From positions 5,260-69,259 of the forward strand of contig CAURBW010000027.1 of the NCBI GenBank assembly GCA_963523075.1: DNA of 64,000 nt. The letters are read 5' to 3'. Below, piece after piece: positions 11,498 to 21,088 of this stretch (position 1 is the stretch's first letter; every line of letters starts with the position of its first letter). The notes under the pieces were generated by a model. That model worked only from the letters and a program-made list of their open reading frames with translations, had not been told where the DNA came from and searched no databases. This DNA is from an uncultured Clostridium sp. (GTDB lineage: Bacteria; Bacillota; Clostridia; Lachnospirales; Lachnospiraceae). The position numbers were made by a program, and so were the translations under genes.

Positions 11498-12808
11498 TTA
11501 CCTGGCTCCGATGGTTACCTGATATTGTATCTTTTTATATTCTTCCCGTCCATTACGGGATACAGTCACGGGAATGATCTGCCCCGGACTGGATTTTTCC
11601 AGAACCACCTGAAAATCCTTCATGGTAACAATGGCTGCTCCGCCCATCTCGGTGATAATATCACCGCTTTGTATTCCTGTATTATAAGCAGGGCTGTCTG
11701 TATTCACTTCCACCACATAGACTCCCAAAGGCATACCGCTGCTGTTCATGACTGAGGTCACTTCCTGACCTTTGATTCCAAAGTACGGGAATGGCGCACC
11801 ATTGCTCATCTTTTCTAAAATACTCTTATAATCGGATATGGCCATGGCTGCCGTCATATCTTTACTGCTGTCGTTCTTATATTGGTCCGTCACCCAGCCG
11901 ATAATCTGACCGGAAGTGTTCATGAGAAACGTACCGGTTCCGGCATTCCCCCTGACATCGGTATACAGGATTCTGGTCATACCATCTATCGTCTGAACAT
12001 TCTTCGTTATAAAAGAAATAAAACCATATCCGGTGGAATGAACCATTCCTGCAGGAGCTCCGATTGCAACCACAATATCTCCCTGCTTTACCGAATAAGA
12101 GTTGCCAAGTTCAATCGCCTTAATCTCTTCCAGCAGGGACCTGCTAAGTTCAGCTGTGGAAACGCTGACTATTGCCATACCGGACAGCTTATCTGTCTGC
12201 TTAATCTTTCCCTGAACCTCTGTTCCATCAGAAAAAGCAACACGAATCGCTTCCGCATCTTCTACCGCGCCTTCTGGTGTCAGAATCAGAAGCTCCTGGT
12301 TAGCAGATGCAGTAATCACTCCGGAAAACAGACCTGAGTTTTCTACCGGATTATTAAACCAGTCCGTCTGAGTCTTTACGGAATGAACCGTAACGATTCC
12401 CTTGTCCGCCTTTTGTACCACAGATTTTAAGTTTCCGTAAAGAGTATTCAGATCATCCACGGAAAATGGATACTTTTCCATGGCAGACTTAAGAATATCC
12501 TCGATCGGTTCTGTCTCAGCTACAGTTGGAGCGGTTTCAGCCGCAGAAGTAACGGTCTCAGGCTCATCCTTTGGTATGGTCACCGGAGTCGTCTCACCGG
12601 TGGATTCTCCCACAAGTAATCTCTCAGCTACAGGTCTGGATATGACAAATGTAACCGCCGCAACCATTCCGAAAATAACTGCAGTCACTAAAAGACCCAG
12701 AAATCTTTTAAGCATATCCCTTTTTGACATGGGCTGTTTTACAATCTTTTCATTGATAAAACGGCGAGGCTCCGCCTTTCTATCATCTGGCCCGTTATTT
12801 TCCGGCAT
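11498..12808 (-). CDS. HtrA-like trypsin-fold/PDZ membrane protein with degenerate active site
   Basis: N-terminal TM, ELGNS..V..GD.VVAIG.P segment, C-terminal PDZ (SPAYNTGIQSGDII); triad residues not seen. Confidence 0.75.
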   Translation of the reverse strand: MPENNGPDDRKAEPRRFINEKIVKQPMSKRDMLKRFLGLLVTAVIFGMVAAVTFVISRPVAERLLVGESTGETTPVTIPKDEPETVTSAAETAPTVAETEPIEDILKSAMEKYPFSVDDLNTLYGNLKSVVQKADKGIVTVHSVKTQTDWFNNPVENSGLFSGVITASANQELLILTPEGAVEDAEAIRVAFSDGTEVQGKIKQTDKLSGMAIVSVSTAELSRSLLEEIKAIELGNSYSVKQGDIVVAIGAPAGMVHSTGYGFISFITKNVQTIDGMTRILYTDVRGNAGTGTFLMNTSGQIIGWVTDQYKNDSSKDMTAAMAISDYKSILEKMSNGAPFPYFGIKGQEVTSVMNSSGMPLGVYVVEVNTDSPAYNTGIQSGDIITEMGGAAIVTMKDFQVVLEKSSPGQIIPVTVSRNGREEYKKIQYQVTIGAR

Positions 12809-13120
12809 ACTTACCCTCCTTTTCAGAAGACCTAAGTACTATTATAAGGTTCTTCCCGGTTTTATGCAAGAAAAACATATGAAACAACCTAAAACCAAAG
12901 CGATTCTCTTCTTTGATCGCATAATTTTTAGAATTCCACAAACATTATCATTAATAGCTTCGTTAATTGCCGTCTCACTGTTATAAGAAGGAAAAACAAC
13001 AACCAGAGGATTGCAGTTTTTGTCTCTCCTATGCTATACTGTAACCGATCCCATTATTCATAACCGGTTATGATACCGGTCAAATATCCATAAAGAAAGC
13101 AGAATAATAAGGTATAACTT

Positions 13121-15511
13121 ATGAATCAAAAAGCACTGAAAACGTTAGAATACCATAAAATAATCGACCAGCTCACTGAATATGCCTCCTGTGAATCGGG
13201 AAAAGAACTTTGCCGTAAGCTGGTTCCATCCACGGATTATGAGGAAATAACCACTTCCCTACGGGAAACCACCGACGCAGTCACCAGAGTCCGTCAGAAG
13301 GGCGGAATTTCTTTTGGAGGTATTAAGGATATCCGGGCTTCCTTAAAGCGGCTGGAGGTAGGGAGTTCTCTTGGAATCATAGAGATTTTATCCATCAGCT
13401 CACTCCTCACTGCCTCCGCAAAAGCAAAGGCGTATGGCCGTCATGAGGATCAGGAGGTTTCCGACGATTCCCTGGAAGAATTTTTTCGCATACTGGAACC
13501 GATGACTCCGGTCAACAACGAGATCAAGCGCTGTATTATCTCTGAAGAAGAAGTAAACGATGATGCCAGTCCGGGACTCCACCATGTCAGGCGTTCCATG
13601 CGCTCTATTAATGATAAGATACACACACAGATGAATTCCATATTAAATTCCAGCCGTTCTTACTTACAGGATGCGGTTATCACCATGAGAGACGGAAGAT
13701 ACTGCCTCCCGGTAAAGGCCGAACACAAATCTCAGGTTTCCGGAATGGTACATGACCAGTCTTCTACCGGCTCCACACTTTTTATCGAGCCTATGGCAAT
13801 TGTGAAACTGAATAACGATTTAAGGGCTCTGGAAATCCAGGAACAGAAAGAAATTGAGATGATCCTTGCTGATTTAAGCAATCAGCTGGCACCTTATTTA
13901 GAAGAGCTGGAGACCAATTTCCATACTCTTACCAGACTGGATTTCATCTTTGCCAAGGCGGCACTGGCCAAACATTATAACGCCAGTGAACCGATCTTTA
14001 ACACGAAACATGAAATTCACATAAAAGACGGGCGTCATCCTCTGCTGGATCCGAAAAAGGTTGTTCCCATTAACATTCACTTAGGAAAAACCTTCGATCT
14101 TTTAATTGTTACAGGTCCTAATACCGGCGGTAAGACGGTATCCTTAAAAACGGTAGGTCTGTTCACTCTGATGGGCCAGTCCGGTCTTCATATACCGGCC
14201 TTTGACGGTTCCGAGCTGGCAGTATTTGATGAAGTGTTTGCGGACATCGGAGATGAGCAGAGCATTGAACAGAGCCTTAGTACCTTTTCCGCACACATGA
14301 CAAATATCGTTCAGATTTTAAGCAAGGCAGACAGCAATTCTCTCTGCCTGTTTGATGAGCTTGGTGCCGGTACGGATCCTACGGAAGGAGCAGCCCTGGC
14401 AATCTCCATCCTCTCTTTCCTTCACAACATGAAGTGCCGTACCATGGCAACCACTCATTACAGTGAATTGAAGGTCTTTGCCCTTACCACCCCAGGCGTG
14501 GAAAATGCCTGCTGTGAATTTAATGTGGAAACGCTGCAGCCTACCTACCGGATTCTGATCGGCGTACCAGGAAAGAGTAATGCCTTTGCCATCTCAAAGA
14601 AACTTGGACTCCCGGAATATATCATCGATGAGGCAAAAAATCATCTGGAAGCAAAGGATGAAACATTTGAAGATCTGCTGACACATCTGGAGGAGAACAG
14701 GGTCACGATTGAAAAAGAGCGGATTCAGATTGCCTCATATAAGCTTGAAGTGGAACAGTTAAAAGCACGCTTAACTCAGAAAGAGGAGCGGCTTGACGAG
14801 CGCCGGGATAAGATGATTAAAGACGCAAGGGAAGAGGCCCAGAGAATCTTACGGGATGCCAAGGATACGGCGGATCAGACCATACGGCAGATCAACAAGC
14901 TGGCTTCCGATTCCGGAGTCAGTAAGGAACTGGAGGCAGAACGAAGCCGGTTAAGAAGTAAGCTTCAGGATGTGGATTCTTCTCTGTCCTTAAAGAGAGA
15001 GCAGAAAAATCCCGGAAAGGGAATTGATCCGAAAAAGCTGAAACTGGGAGACGGAGTCAAGGTTTTAAGCATGAACCTAAACGGTACCGTAAACTCCCTT
15101 CCCAATGCCAAGGGTGATCTGTACGTTCAGATGGGCATTCTCCGGTCATTGGTTCATATATCGGATTTAGAACTGCTCTATGATGATTCTGTATTGGCTC
15201 ATTCAAACACCGGGGCCAAGAAGGCAGGAAGCGGAAGCAGTTCCACCCGTATGTCCAAATCCTTCTCCATTTCACCTGAAATCAATTTAATCGGAATGAC
15301 AACAGATGAAGCGATTCCTCAGCTGGATAAATATTTAGATGACGCTTATCTTGCCCATCTTCCACAGGTACGGGTGGTTCATGGACGCGGTACCGGTGCT
15401 TTAAAAAATGCGGTCCATAAGCATTTAAAGAGATTAAAATACGTAAAAGAATTCCGGCTTGGCGTCTTCGGTGAAGGAGATTCCGGAGTAACCATTGTCA
15501 TATTTAAATAA
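13121..15511 (+). CDS. mutS2: MutS2 (MutS ATPase + Smr domain)
   Basis: TGPNTGGKT, DELGAGTDP, C-terminal Smr VHGRGTGAL. Confidence 0.95.
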   Translation: MNQKALKTLEYHKIIDQLTEYASCESGKELCRKLVPSTDYEEITTSLRETTDAVTRVRQKGGISFGGIKDIRASLKRLEVGSSLGIIEILSISSLLTASAKAKAYGRHEDQEVSDDSLEEFFRILEPMTPVNNEIKRCIISEEEVNDDASPGLHHVRRSMRSINDKIHTQMNSILNSSRSYLQDAVITMRDGRYCLPVKAEHKSQVSGMVHDQSSTGSTLFIEPMAIVKLNNDLRALEIQEQKEIEMILADLSNQLAPYLEELETNFHTLTRLDFIFAKAALAKHYNASEPIFNTKHEIHIKDGRHPLLDPKKVVPINIHLGKTFDLLIVTGPNTGGKTVSLKTVGLFTLMGQSGLHIPAFDGSELAVFDEVFADIGDEQSIEQSLSTFSAHMTNIVQILSKADSNSLCLFDELGAGTDPTEGAALAISILSFLHNMKCRTMATTHYSELKVFALTTPGVENACCEFNVETLQPTYRILIGVPGKSNAFAISKKLGLPEYIIDEAKNHLEAKDETFEDLLTHLEENRVTIEKERIQIASYKLEVEQLKARLTQKEERLDERRDKMIKDAREEAQRILRDAKDTADQTIRQINKLASDSGVSKELEAERSRLRSKLQDVDSSLSLKREQKNPGKGIDPKKLKLGDGVKVLSMNLNGTVNSLPNAKGDLYVQMGILRSLVHISDLELLYDDSVLAHSNTGAKKAGSGSSSTRMSKSFSISPEINLIGMTTDEAIPQLDKYLDDAYLAHLPQVRVVHGRGTGALKNAVHKHLKRLKYVKEFRLGVFGEGDSGVTIVIFK

Positions 15512-15531
15512 ATTAGAACGGGGGATCCATC

Positions 15532-16239
15532 ATGGCAGAGAAACAGCGGATATTAATTGTGGACGACGACAGCAATATTGCAGAACTCATTTCCCTATAT
15601 CTTTTAAAGGAATGCTACGAAACAGAAATCGTTGGAGACGGAGAGGAAGCGCTTCGGGTCTTTCCTGAATTTAAACCCAATCTGGTTCTGCTTGATTTAA
15701 TGCTTCCGGGTATGGACGGCTATCAGGTCTGCAGAGAACTTCGAACCGGATCCCAGGTACCCATTATCATGCTGTCAGCAAAAGGTGAGGTATTTGATAA
15801 GGTCCTTGGTCTGGAGCTGGGCGCTGATGATTATATGATTAAACCCTTTGATTCCAAAGAACTTGTGGCGCGGGTGAAGGCAGTGTTAAGGCGGTATCAG
15901 ACAACACCTGCTGCCGCTTCCCACACAGACCAGCAGGGCGACTATGTGGAATATCCGGATCTGATTGTCAACTTAACCAACTACTCCGTTATCTATATGG
16001 GGCATTCCATTGAAATGCCTCCAAAGGAGCTGGAGCTGCTTTATTTCCTTGCCTCCTCTCCCAACCAGGTATTTACCAGAGAACAGCTTCTGGACCATAT
16101 CTGGGGGTATGAGTATATCGGCGATACCAGGACCGTGGATGTTCATATCAAGCGTCTGAGAGAGAAAATCAAGGACCATTCTGGCTGGGCACTATCCACG
16201 GTATGGGGAATCGGTTATAAATTTGAGGTAAAGCGGTAA
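15532..16239 (+). CDS. OmpR-family response regulator
   Basis: ILIVDDD, DLMLP, TRTVDVHIKRLR, VWGIGYKF. Confidence 0.94.
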   Translation: MAEKQRILIVDDDSNIAELISLYLLKECYETEIVGDGEEALRVFPEFKPNLVLLDLMLPGMDGYQVCRELRTGSQVPIIMLSAKGEVFDKVLGLELGADDYMIKPFDSKELVARVKAVLRRYQTTPAAASHTDQQGDYVEYPDLIVNLTNYSVIYMGHSIEMPPKELELLYFLASSPNQVFTREQLLDHIWGYEYIGDTRTVDVHIKRLREKIKDHSGWALSTVWGIGYKFEVKR

Positions 16240-16449
16240 AGCACTCTTCATTAAGCCCTGTAAAATCATGATTTTGGGTTCAAAACCGTGATTAAAAGTA
16301 CTTTTTAATCGCACCTTCTATTACCACTTAAAAGCCATTTCATACACTGTCACCACTCACAAAGGACATGGATCAAGGGCTTGTGTCAAAAATAATTATA
16401 ATGAATATTATAATATTGTAAGTAAGTATTTGAGGGGCGCGATTTTATT

Positions 16450-16803
16450 ATGAAAGTACAGGATAATGCATTAGAAGAATTGAAAGCAGAAGTATTAAGA
16501 TCTATAGAGGGAAAATCAGATGATGAAAAAAGGGAATTCTTAAGAAAAAAATTCAATATTGATTGGGATATTCCCAGATGCTGTGAACGCAGGCCATGTA
16601 AAACATGGTATGCACAAGTTTTCTCTTATTGCAGCCCAAGTGAATTAGAGATAGAATTAAATTTCTTCTTGTTCTTAATCAACCTTTTTGGTCACATTTT
16701 TGGTTTTTGTTTCAACCAGGAGGATACAGTTTTTTTAGGCTGTACCTGCCATTGCGGTAATAAACAGGTGATTCTTTATTATACAATTGTTTTTAGGGAT
16801 TAA
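16450..16803 (+). CDS. Hypothetical Cys-rich protein
   Basis: 117 aa ORF with GAGGGG RBS and downstream hairpin; no family recognised. Confidence 0.65.
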   Translation: MKVQDNALEELKAEVLRSIEGKSDDEKREFLRKKFNIDWDIPRCCERRPCKTWYAQVFSYCSPSELEIELNFFLFLINLFGHIFGFCFNQEDTVFLGCTCHCGNKQVILYYTIVFRD

Positions 16804-16828
16804 TAATCTTACAATCTATTTATGGTAT

Positions 16829-16870
16829 GAAAGGATTCCACGGCTTCATTGCCGGGGAATCCTTTTGTTT
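16829..16870 (+). terminator. Rho-independent terminator
   Basis: aaaaggattcc-acggc...gccg-gggaatcctttt followed by a T-rich tail. Confidence 0.75.
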
Positions 16871-17040
16871 TATGAAGCAAAAGTTAATTTGTAATTGAGA
16901 TAATGTAAAAACACTATTCTTAAAATAAGGAATGACATAAATATCAATAAGATGTATACTATATCTGTTAGAGAAATATATTATTAAAACACTATTTCGT
17001 ATAATTTATAAAAGACGTTACAAATTGAGGTGAACTTTAG

Positions 17041-18447
17041 ATGACACACTCTTTGTATTACAAATTCATCATGGGTTACTTACTCTTCGGTCTTTTGGGT
17101 TTTGTTACCATTGCTTCCTTTTCTTCAAGGATTACCGACCAGTACCTCCTTCGCCAGCAGTCAGAATGTCTGTATGACGAAGCCAATCAGATTGCGACTT
17201 CCTTCAGCAGCATGTATCACGGAAAGGATATGAAGCTTTCCTCTTCCTATCCGGGACTTGTGAATGAAGCCGATTATCTCCATGCCCGTATATGGATTGT
17301 GGACCGCCAGGGTAAAATCGTATCCGACAGTCAGCAGCCAGGTAAAGAGGGCGATATGATAGCAAACTTTGACCCTACTATTATGGGGAATAAATCCTAT
17401 ACAATCGGCAATTACTACAATGAGTTTCCTTACGATGTATTAAGCGTCCATGCCCCCATAACAGGAAACTATACCACTCACGGATATGTGGTCATTCATC
17501 TTCCCCTGTCCGATTTACAATCCCAGAGAAACGGCATTTTAAATATCGTATACATTACCTCAGCGGTGGTATTCGGTTTTTCTCTGATTATTTTGCTGGT
17601 TTTTACAAAAAATGTTTATATCCCTCTGAAAAAGATCACAGCCGGAGCCAATGAATATGCGCAGGGCAATTTAACTCATCATATCGATGTAAATACAAGA
17701 GATGAGATGGGATACCTGGCCGCTACTCTAAATTACATGTCCGATGAGATCAATAAGATGGAAGAATACCAGAGGACCTTTATCGCCAACGTTTCCCACG
17801 ATTTCCGGTCCCCTCTTACTTCAATTAAAGGATACTTGGAAGCGATACTGGACGGCACAATTCCGCCTCAGATGCATGAAAAGTATTTAAACAGGGTTAT
17901 TTCTGAGACAGAACGGCTGAATAAGCTGACACAGAGCATGCTGACCCTTAATTCTCTTGACTGCAAAGGGTATTTAAACCGGACCAATTTTGATATCAAC
18001 CGGGTTATTAAGGATACGGCCGCTTCTTTAGAGGGTACCTGTAATACAAAGAACATTACGTTTGATCTCACCTTCTCTGACAGCATTCAGATGGTACATG
18101 CAGACCTTGGGAAAATCCAGCAGGTCCTTTATAACCTCATTGACAATGCCATCAAATTCAGCCATAACGATTCCACCATATACATACAGGCTTCCAGCAA
18201 GTATGAAAAAATCTTTGTCTCCATTAAAGATACGGGAATCGGTATTCCGAAGGACAGTATTAAAAAGATATGGGAACGATTCTATAAAACGGATCTTTCC
18301 AGAGGTAAGGACAAAAAAGGAACCGGACTGGGACTTGCAATCGTCCGGGAGATCATTCAGTCTCACGGAGAAAACATTGATGTTGTAAGCACAGAAGGGG
18401 TGGGGTCTGAATTTATTTTCAGTCTTCCGAAATCAACTAATTTATAG
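17041..18447 (+). CDS. HAMP-domain sensor histidine kinase
   Basis: Two TMs, HAMP, SHDFRSPL, NLIDNAIKF, GTGLGLAI. Confidence 0.93.
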   Translation: MTHSLYYKFIMGYLLFGLLGFVTIASFSSRITDQYLLRQQSECLYDEANQIATSFSSMYHGKDMKLSSSYPGLVNEADYLHARIWIVDRQGKIVSDSQQPGKEGDMIANFDPTIMGNKSYTIGNYYNEFPYDVLSVHAPITGNYTTHGYVVIHLPLSDLQSQRNGILNIVYITSAVVFGFSLIILLVFTKNVYIPLKKITAGANEYAQGNLTHHIDVNTRDEMGYLAATLNYMSDEINKMEEYQRTFIANVSHDFRSPLTSIKGYLEAILDGTIPPQMHEKYLNRVISETERLNKLTQSMLTLNSLDCKGYLNRTNFDINRVIKDTAASLEGTCNTKNITFDLTFSDSIQMVHADLGKIQQVLYNLIDNAIKFSHNDSTIYIQASSKYEKIFVSIKDTGIGIPKDSIKKIWERFYKTDLSRGKDKKGTGLGLAIVREIIQSHGENIDVVSTEGVGSEFIFSLPKSTNL

Positions 18448-18469
18448 GCGGATCTTTTTAATATAAGAT

Positions 18470-18519
18470 AAAGCAGATATAATCAGACTCTTTGTTTGTC
18501 TGAATATATCTGCTTTTTT
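18470..18519. terminator. Terminator between convergent genes
   Basis: aaagcagatata..tcagac...gtctga..tatatctgctttt. Confidence 0.7.
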
Positions 18520-19929
18520 CTACCTGTTCATCCATTTACCGGTACTGGAAAACTTATATTGTTTTCCACCGATTTCCAGAGTTGTATTCGTAACCATTGC
18601 TCCCTGCTTATCTAAATAAAACCATTCTCCATTATAATTTAACCAGCCCGTCACATAGGAATGATTTTTAACATAATACCAGCGCTGATCATTTATGTAC
18701 CACCCATCCGGGCGGTCCGTTTGATTCCTGGCTGGAATTGTCTTCTCCGCAAGTACAGCATTGGATTGCAATTCTGTCATAGCACCGTCAGCACCTAACT
18801 CATGTCCCTCTACAACCGTACTTTTTACAATAGCTCCATGGTCATCATGGTAATACCATTTTCCATCTGATTTTATCCAGCCGGTTGTAACATCATCCAT
18901 AAGTATACTTTCTGCATTTAATGCATGAACAGGTATGTTATTAGTAAATATTACGAATGCAGCAGCCGTACATCCCAATACGGCGCTTGCCTTTATCTTA
19001 TGAGACCCCTTTTTAAATCCTTTTATTAACCAGATTCTATCGTGTATCTGGCTTTTTGTTTCAAAAAACACTGGTAATTGTGAATAGTAACGTGTATTTA
19101 TATATAACTTTGAGAGATTTAGAAGAGCCATTCCATATTCAACATTTTCTTCTTCATTTAAGAGTTCAAGGACGCAGGCATCACAGGAACATTCTCTCCA
19201 TAAATTCATCTTCCTAACTGCAATCCACACAAATGGATTAAACCAATGCATGAAAAGTGCAAGGATTCCAAAAAAATTATATATTAAATCTTTCCTTTTA
19301 TAATGTGTTAATTCATGTAAAAAAATGTAAGTGAGTTGATTTTTATCGCTCGTATGCAGCACAAATGATGGTATATAAATCCTCGGTCTTAACAATCCTG
19401 ATATACACGGACTTTTTATGTCGTCACATAGATATACCGGAATTCTGGTTTTTATATTACATTTTTTAATCAGATTATCTATGTCAATATCACATGGGGA
19501 GTCTTTCGTCTTTTTTGTGAAACTAAGCTGAGATACAATTAGAGATAAGGTTAAAAAGCTGATACCGGCAATCCAGACAACGGTGACTGACCTAAAAAAA
19601 ATCAAGCGAAAATCCCTGTTTTGTTCCATTGACGCTGAAACTCCGCCGTAATTTTCACCGGTTTTCAGCTGATTGTATCCTTCATTCATATCAGACTGAA
19701 TAATTGATCCATATTTTTCCTGTAATGTACCAAAAATATTTGTATCCGCATTCCCGCTAACAGGTATGAGGATTTTTATCAGCACCAGAATCCATATCCA
19801 GTTTTTCACTCTTACACTGATTTTCTTATTAAAAATTTTCAAAAATCCAATAACGAACAAAATAAGAATGCTTGCTGTGAATGAAGATTTTAAAATACAT
19901 AAAAAAATGCGAACGAACCAATCCATCAA
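18520..19929 (-). CDS. BlaR1/M56-family membrane metallopeptidase with C-terminal cell-wall/choline-binding-type repeats
   Basis: HELTH, HWFNP, RECSCD motifs of M56; C-terminal GW..DGKWYY and GWL...GEWFYLD..GAM repeats. Confidence 0.88.
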   Translation of the reverse strand: MMDWFVRIFLCILKSSFTASILILFVIGFLKIFNKKISVRVKNWIWILVLIKILIPVSGNADTNIFGTLQEKYGSIIQSDMNEGYNQLKTGENYGGVSASMEQNRDFRLIFFRSVTVVWIAGISFLTLSLIVSQLSFTKKTKDSPCDIDIDNLIKKCNIKTRIPVYLCDDIKSPCISGLLRPRIYIPSFVLHTSDKNQLTYIFLHELTHYKRKDLIYNFFGILALFMHWFNPFVWIAVRKMNLWRECSCDACVLELLNEEENVEYGMALLNLSKLYINTRYYSQLPVFFETKSQIHDRIWLIKGFKKGSHKIKASAVLGCTAAAFVIFTNNIPVHALNAESILMDDVTTGWIKSDGKWYYHDDHGAIVKSTVVEGHELGADGAMTELQSNAVLAEKTIPARNQTDRPDGWYINDQRWYYVKNHSYVTGWLNYNGEWFYLDKQGAMVTNTTLEIGGKQYKFSSTGKWMNR

Positions 19930-19954
19930 CGACTCACCTTCATTGTATCAATTT

Positions 19955-20359
19955 TCACTTTTGCAACTCCTTGTTATCTGCTGAATTTTTTTCCTTTTTA
20001 TTCTTTAGAATACTTTCCAGCTCCTCGATCTGCTCCAGGGACAATTCTTCTTCCAAAAACTTTGTAAAAAGCATATTCAGGGCACCGTCATAAACCTTTT
20101 TTATGAAAAATTCATTTTCGGATCTGATACATTCCTCTTCGGAAAGCAGTGGATAATAGTAATAAATTCTTCCTTTTTTTTCAAATCCGAGAGCTCCCTT
20201 TTTGATAAGTCTTGTTATAAAAGTTTTAATTGTCTGTGCTGACCACATCATTCTGGCTGATAACTGATTAATAATCTCTTCTGAAGTTAACGGATTTGAC
20301 TTCCATATAAGTTTCATAATTTCCCATTCTGCTTCAGATATTTTAGGAAGTGCGCTCAT
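19955..20359 (-). CDS. BlaI/MecI/CopY-family repressor
   Basis: ISEAEWEIMKLIW, TIKTFITRLIKKG; directly upstream of M56 gene. Confidence 0.92.
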   Translation of the reverse strand: MSALPKISEAEWEIMKLIWKSNPLTSEEIINQLSARMMWSAQTIKTFITRLIKKGALGFEKKGRIYYYYPLLSEEECIRSENEFFIKKVYDGALNMLFTKFLEEELSLEQIEELESILKNKKEKNSADNKELQK

Positions 20360-20382
20360 TTAAATGACTCCTTTTTACGGTC

Positions 20383-20433
20383 TACATTTGTAAATTCTAT
20401 TTTAAGTTTATACCTGTAAGTTATCTTTGTCAA
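20383..20433 (-). promoter_or_regulatory. Sigma-A promoter of the repressor gene with TACAnnTGTA-type operators
   Basis: TTGACA (20433-20428), 17 nt, TAAACT (20410-20405); perfect box at 20383-20392 and an imperfect box overlapping the -10. Confidence 0.75.
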
Positions 20434-20440
20434 TTCAGAA

Positions 20441-20923
20441 TTATGATTCTTTATTGGTACACTTCCCTGTTTCTGAGAATATATAATCTTTACCTTCAAT
20501 ATTTATCGTTGTATTCGTAACCATTGCTCCCTGTTCGTCCATATAGTACCAGCTGTCTTCCAGATTCAGCCAGCCAGTTACATATGCATGATCCTTAATA
20601 TAATGCCATTTTTGTTCCTTCTCCTGCTTATTCATGTACCAGCCATCAGGCTGATTCAGCTGATCCTCCATAGATACAGTTTCGCTATTATTTAATGTAC
20701 TACCATCTTGTGACTCAACCATTGCTCCATCGGCACCTAATTCGTGTCCCTCTACAATCGTGTTTTTTGCCATGACTCCCTTTTCATCATAATAATACCA
20801 TTTTCCGTCGGTTCGTACCCATCCGGTTGTTGTTTTGGATGTACAGGCTGATATTAACAGAACCCCTGTTAATGCCACACCTGCCAATGCTGTAATTACT
20901 ATTTTTTTTAATACAGTTTTCAT
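20441..20923 (-). CDS. Secreted or lipoprotein made of cell-wall-binding-type repeats
   Basis: Basic/hydrophobic signal ending ISAC; repeats closely match the C-terminus of the M56 protein. Confidence 0.82.
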   Translation of the reverse strand: MKTVLKKIVITALAGVALTGVLLISACTSKTTTGWVRTDGKWYYYDEKGVMAKNTIVEGHELGADGAMVESQDGSTLNNSETVSMEDQLNQPDGWYMNKQEKEQKWHYIKDHAYVTGWLNLEDSWYYMDEQGAMVTNTTINIEGKDYIFSETGKCTNKES

Positions 20924-20940
20924 GATTATTCTCCTTTATA

Positions 20941-20998
20941 TTCAATCTACAAATGTAAACTATTGCTTTAGTTTACATTTGTAGATTGAAATTGTCAA
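20941..20998 (-). promoter_or_regulatory. Promoter with 22-bp perfect inverted repeat holding two TACAnnTGTA operators
   Basis: ttcaatctacaaatgtaaacta (20941-62) / tagtttacatttgtagattgaa (20969-90); TTGACA-17-TAAACT. Confidence 0.82.
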
Positions 20999-21088
20999 TA
21001 CTTTTTTTACTTTTGGTCAAATAAAATGCATGCCAGCCTTCCCGCTTTGAGAAAGTCAGCATGCCTTGTTTCCTTCATAATATTGAAC

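Noticed and set aside
18520..20359. Beta-lactam resistance locus
   Set aside because: No beta-lactamase or PBP gene and no penicillin-binding sensor domain
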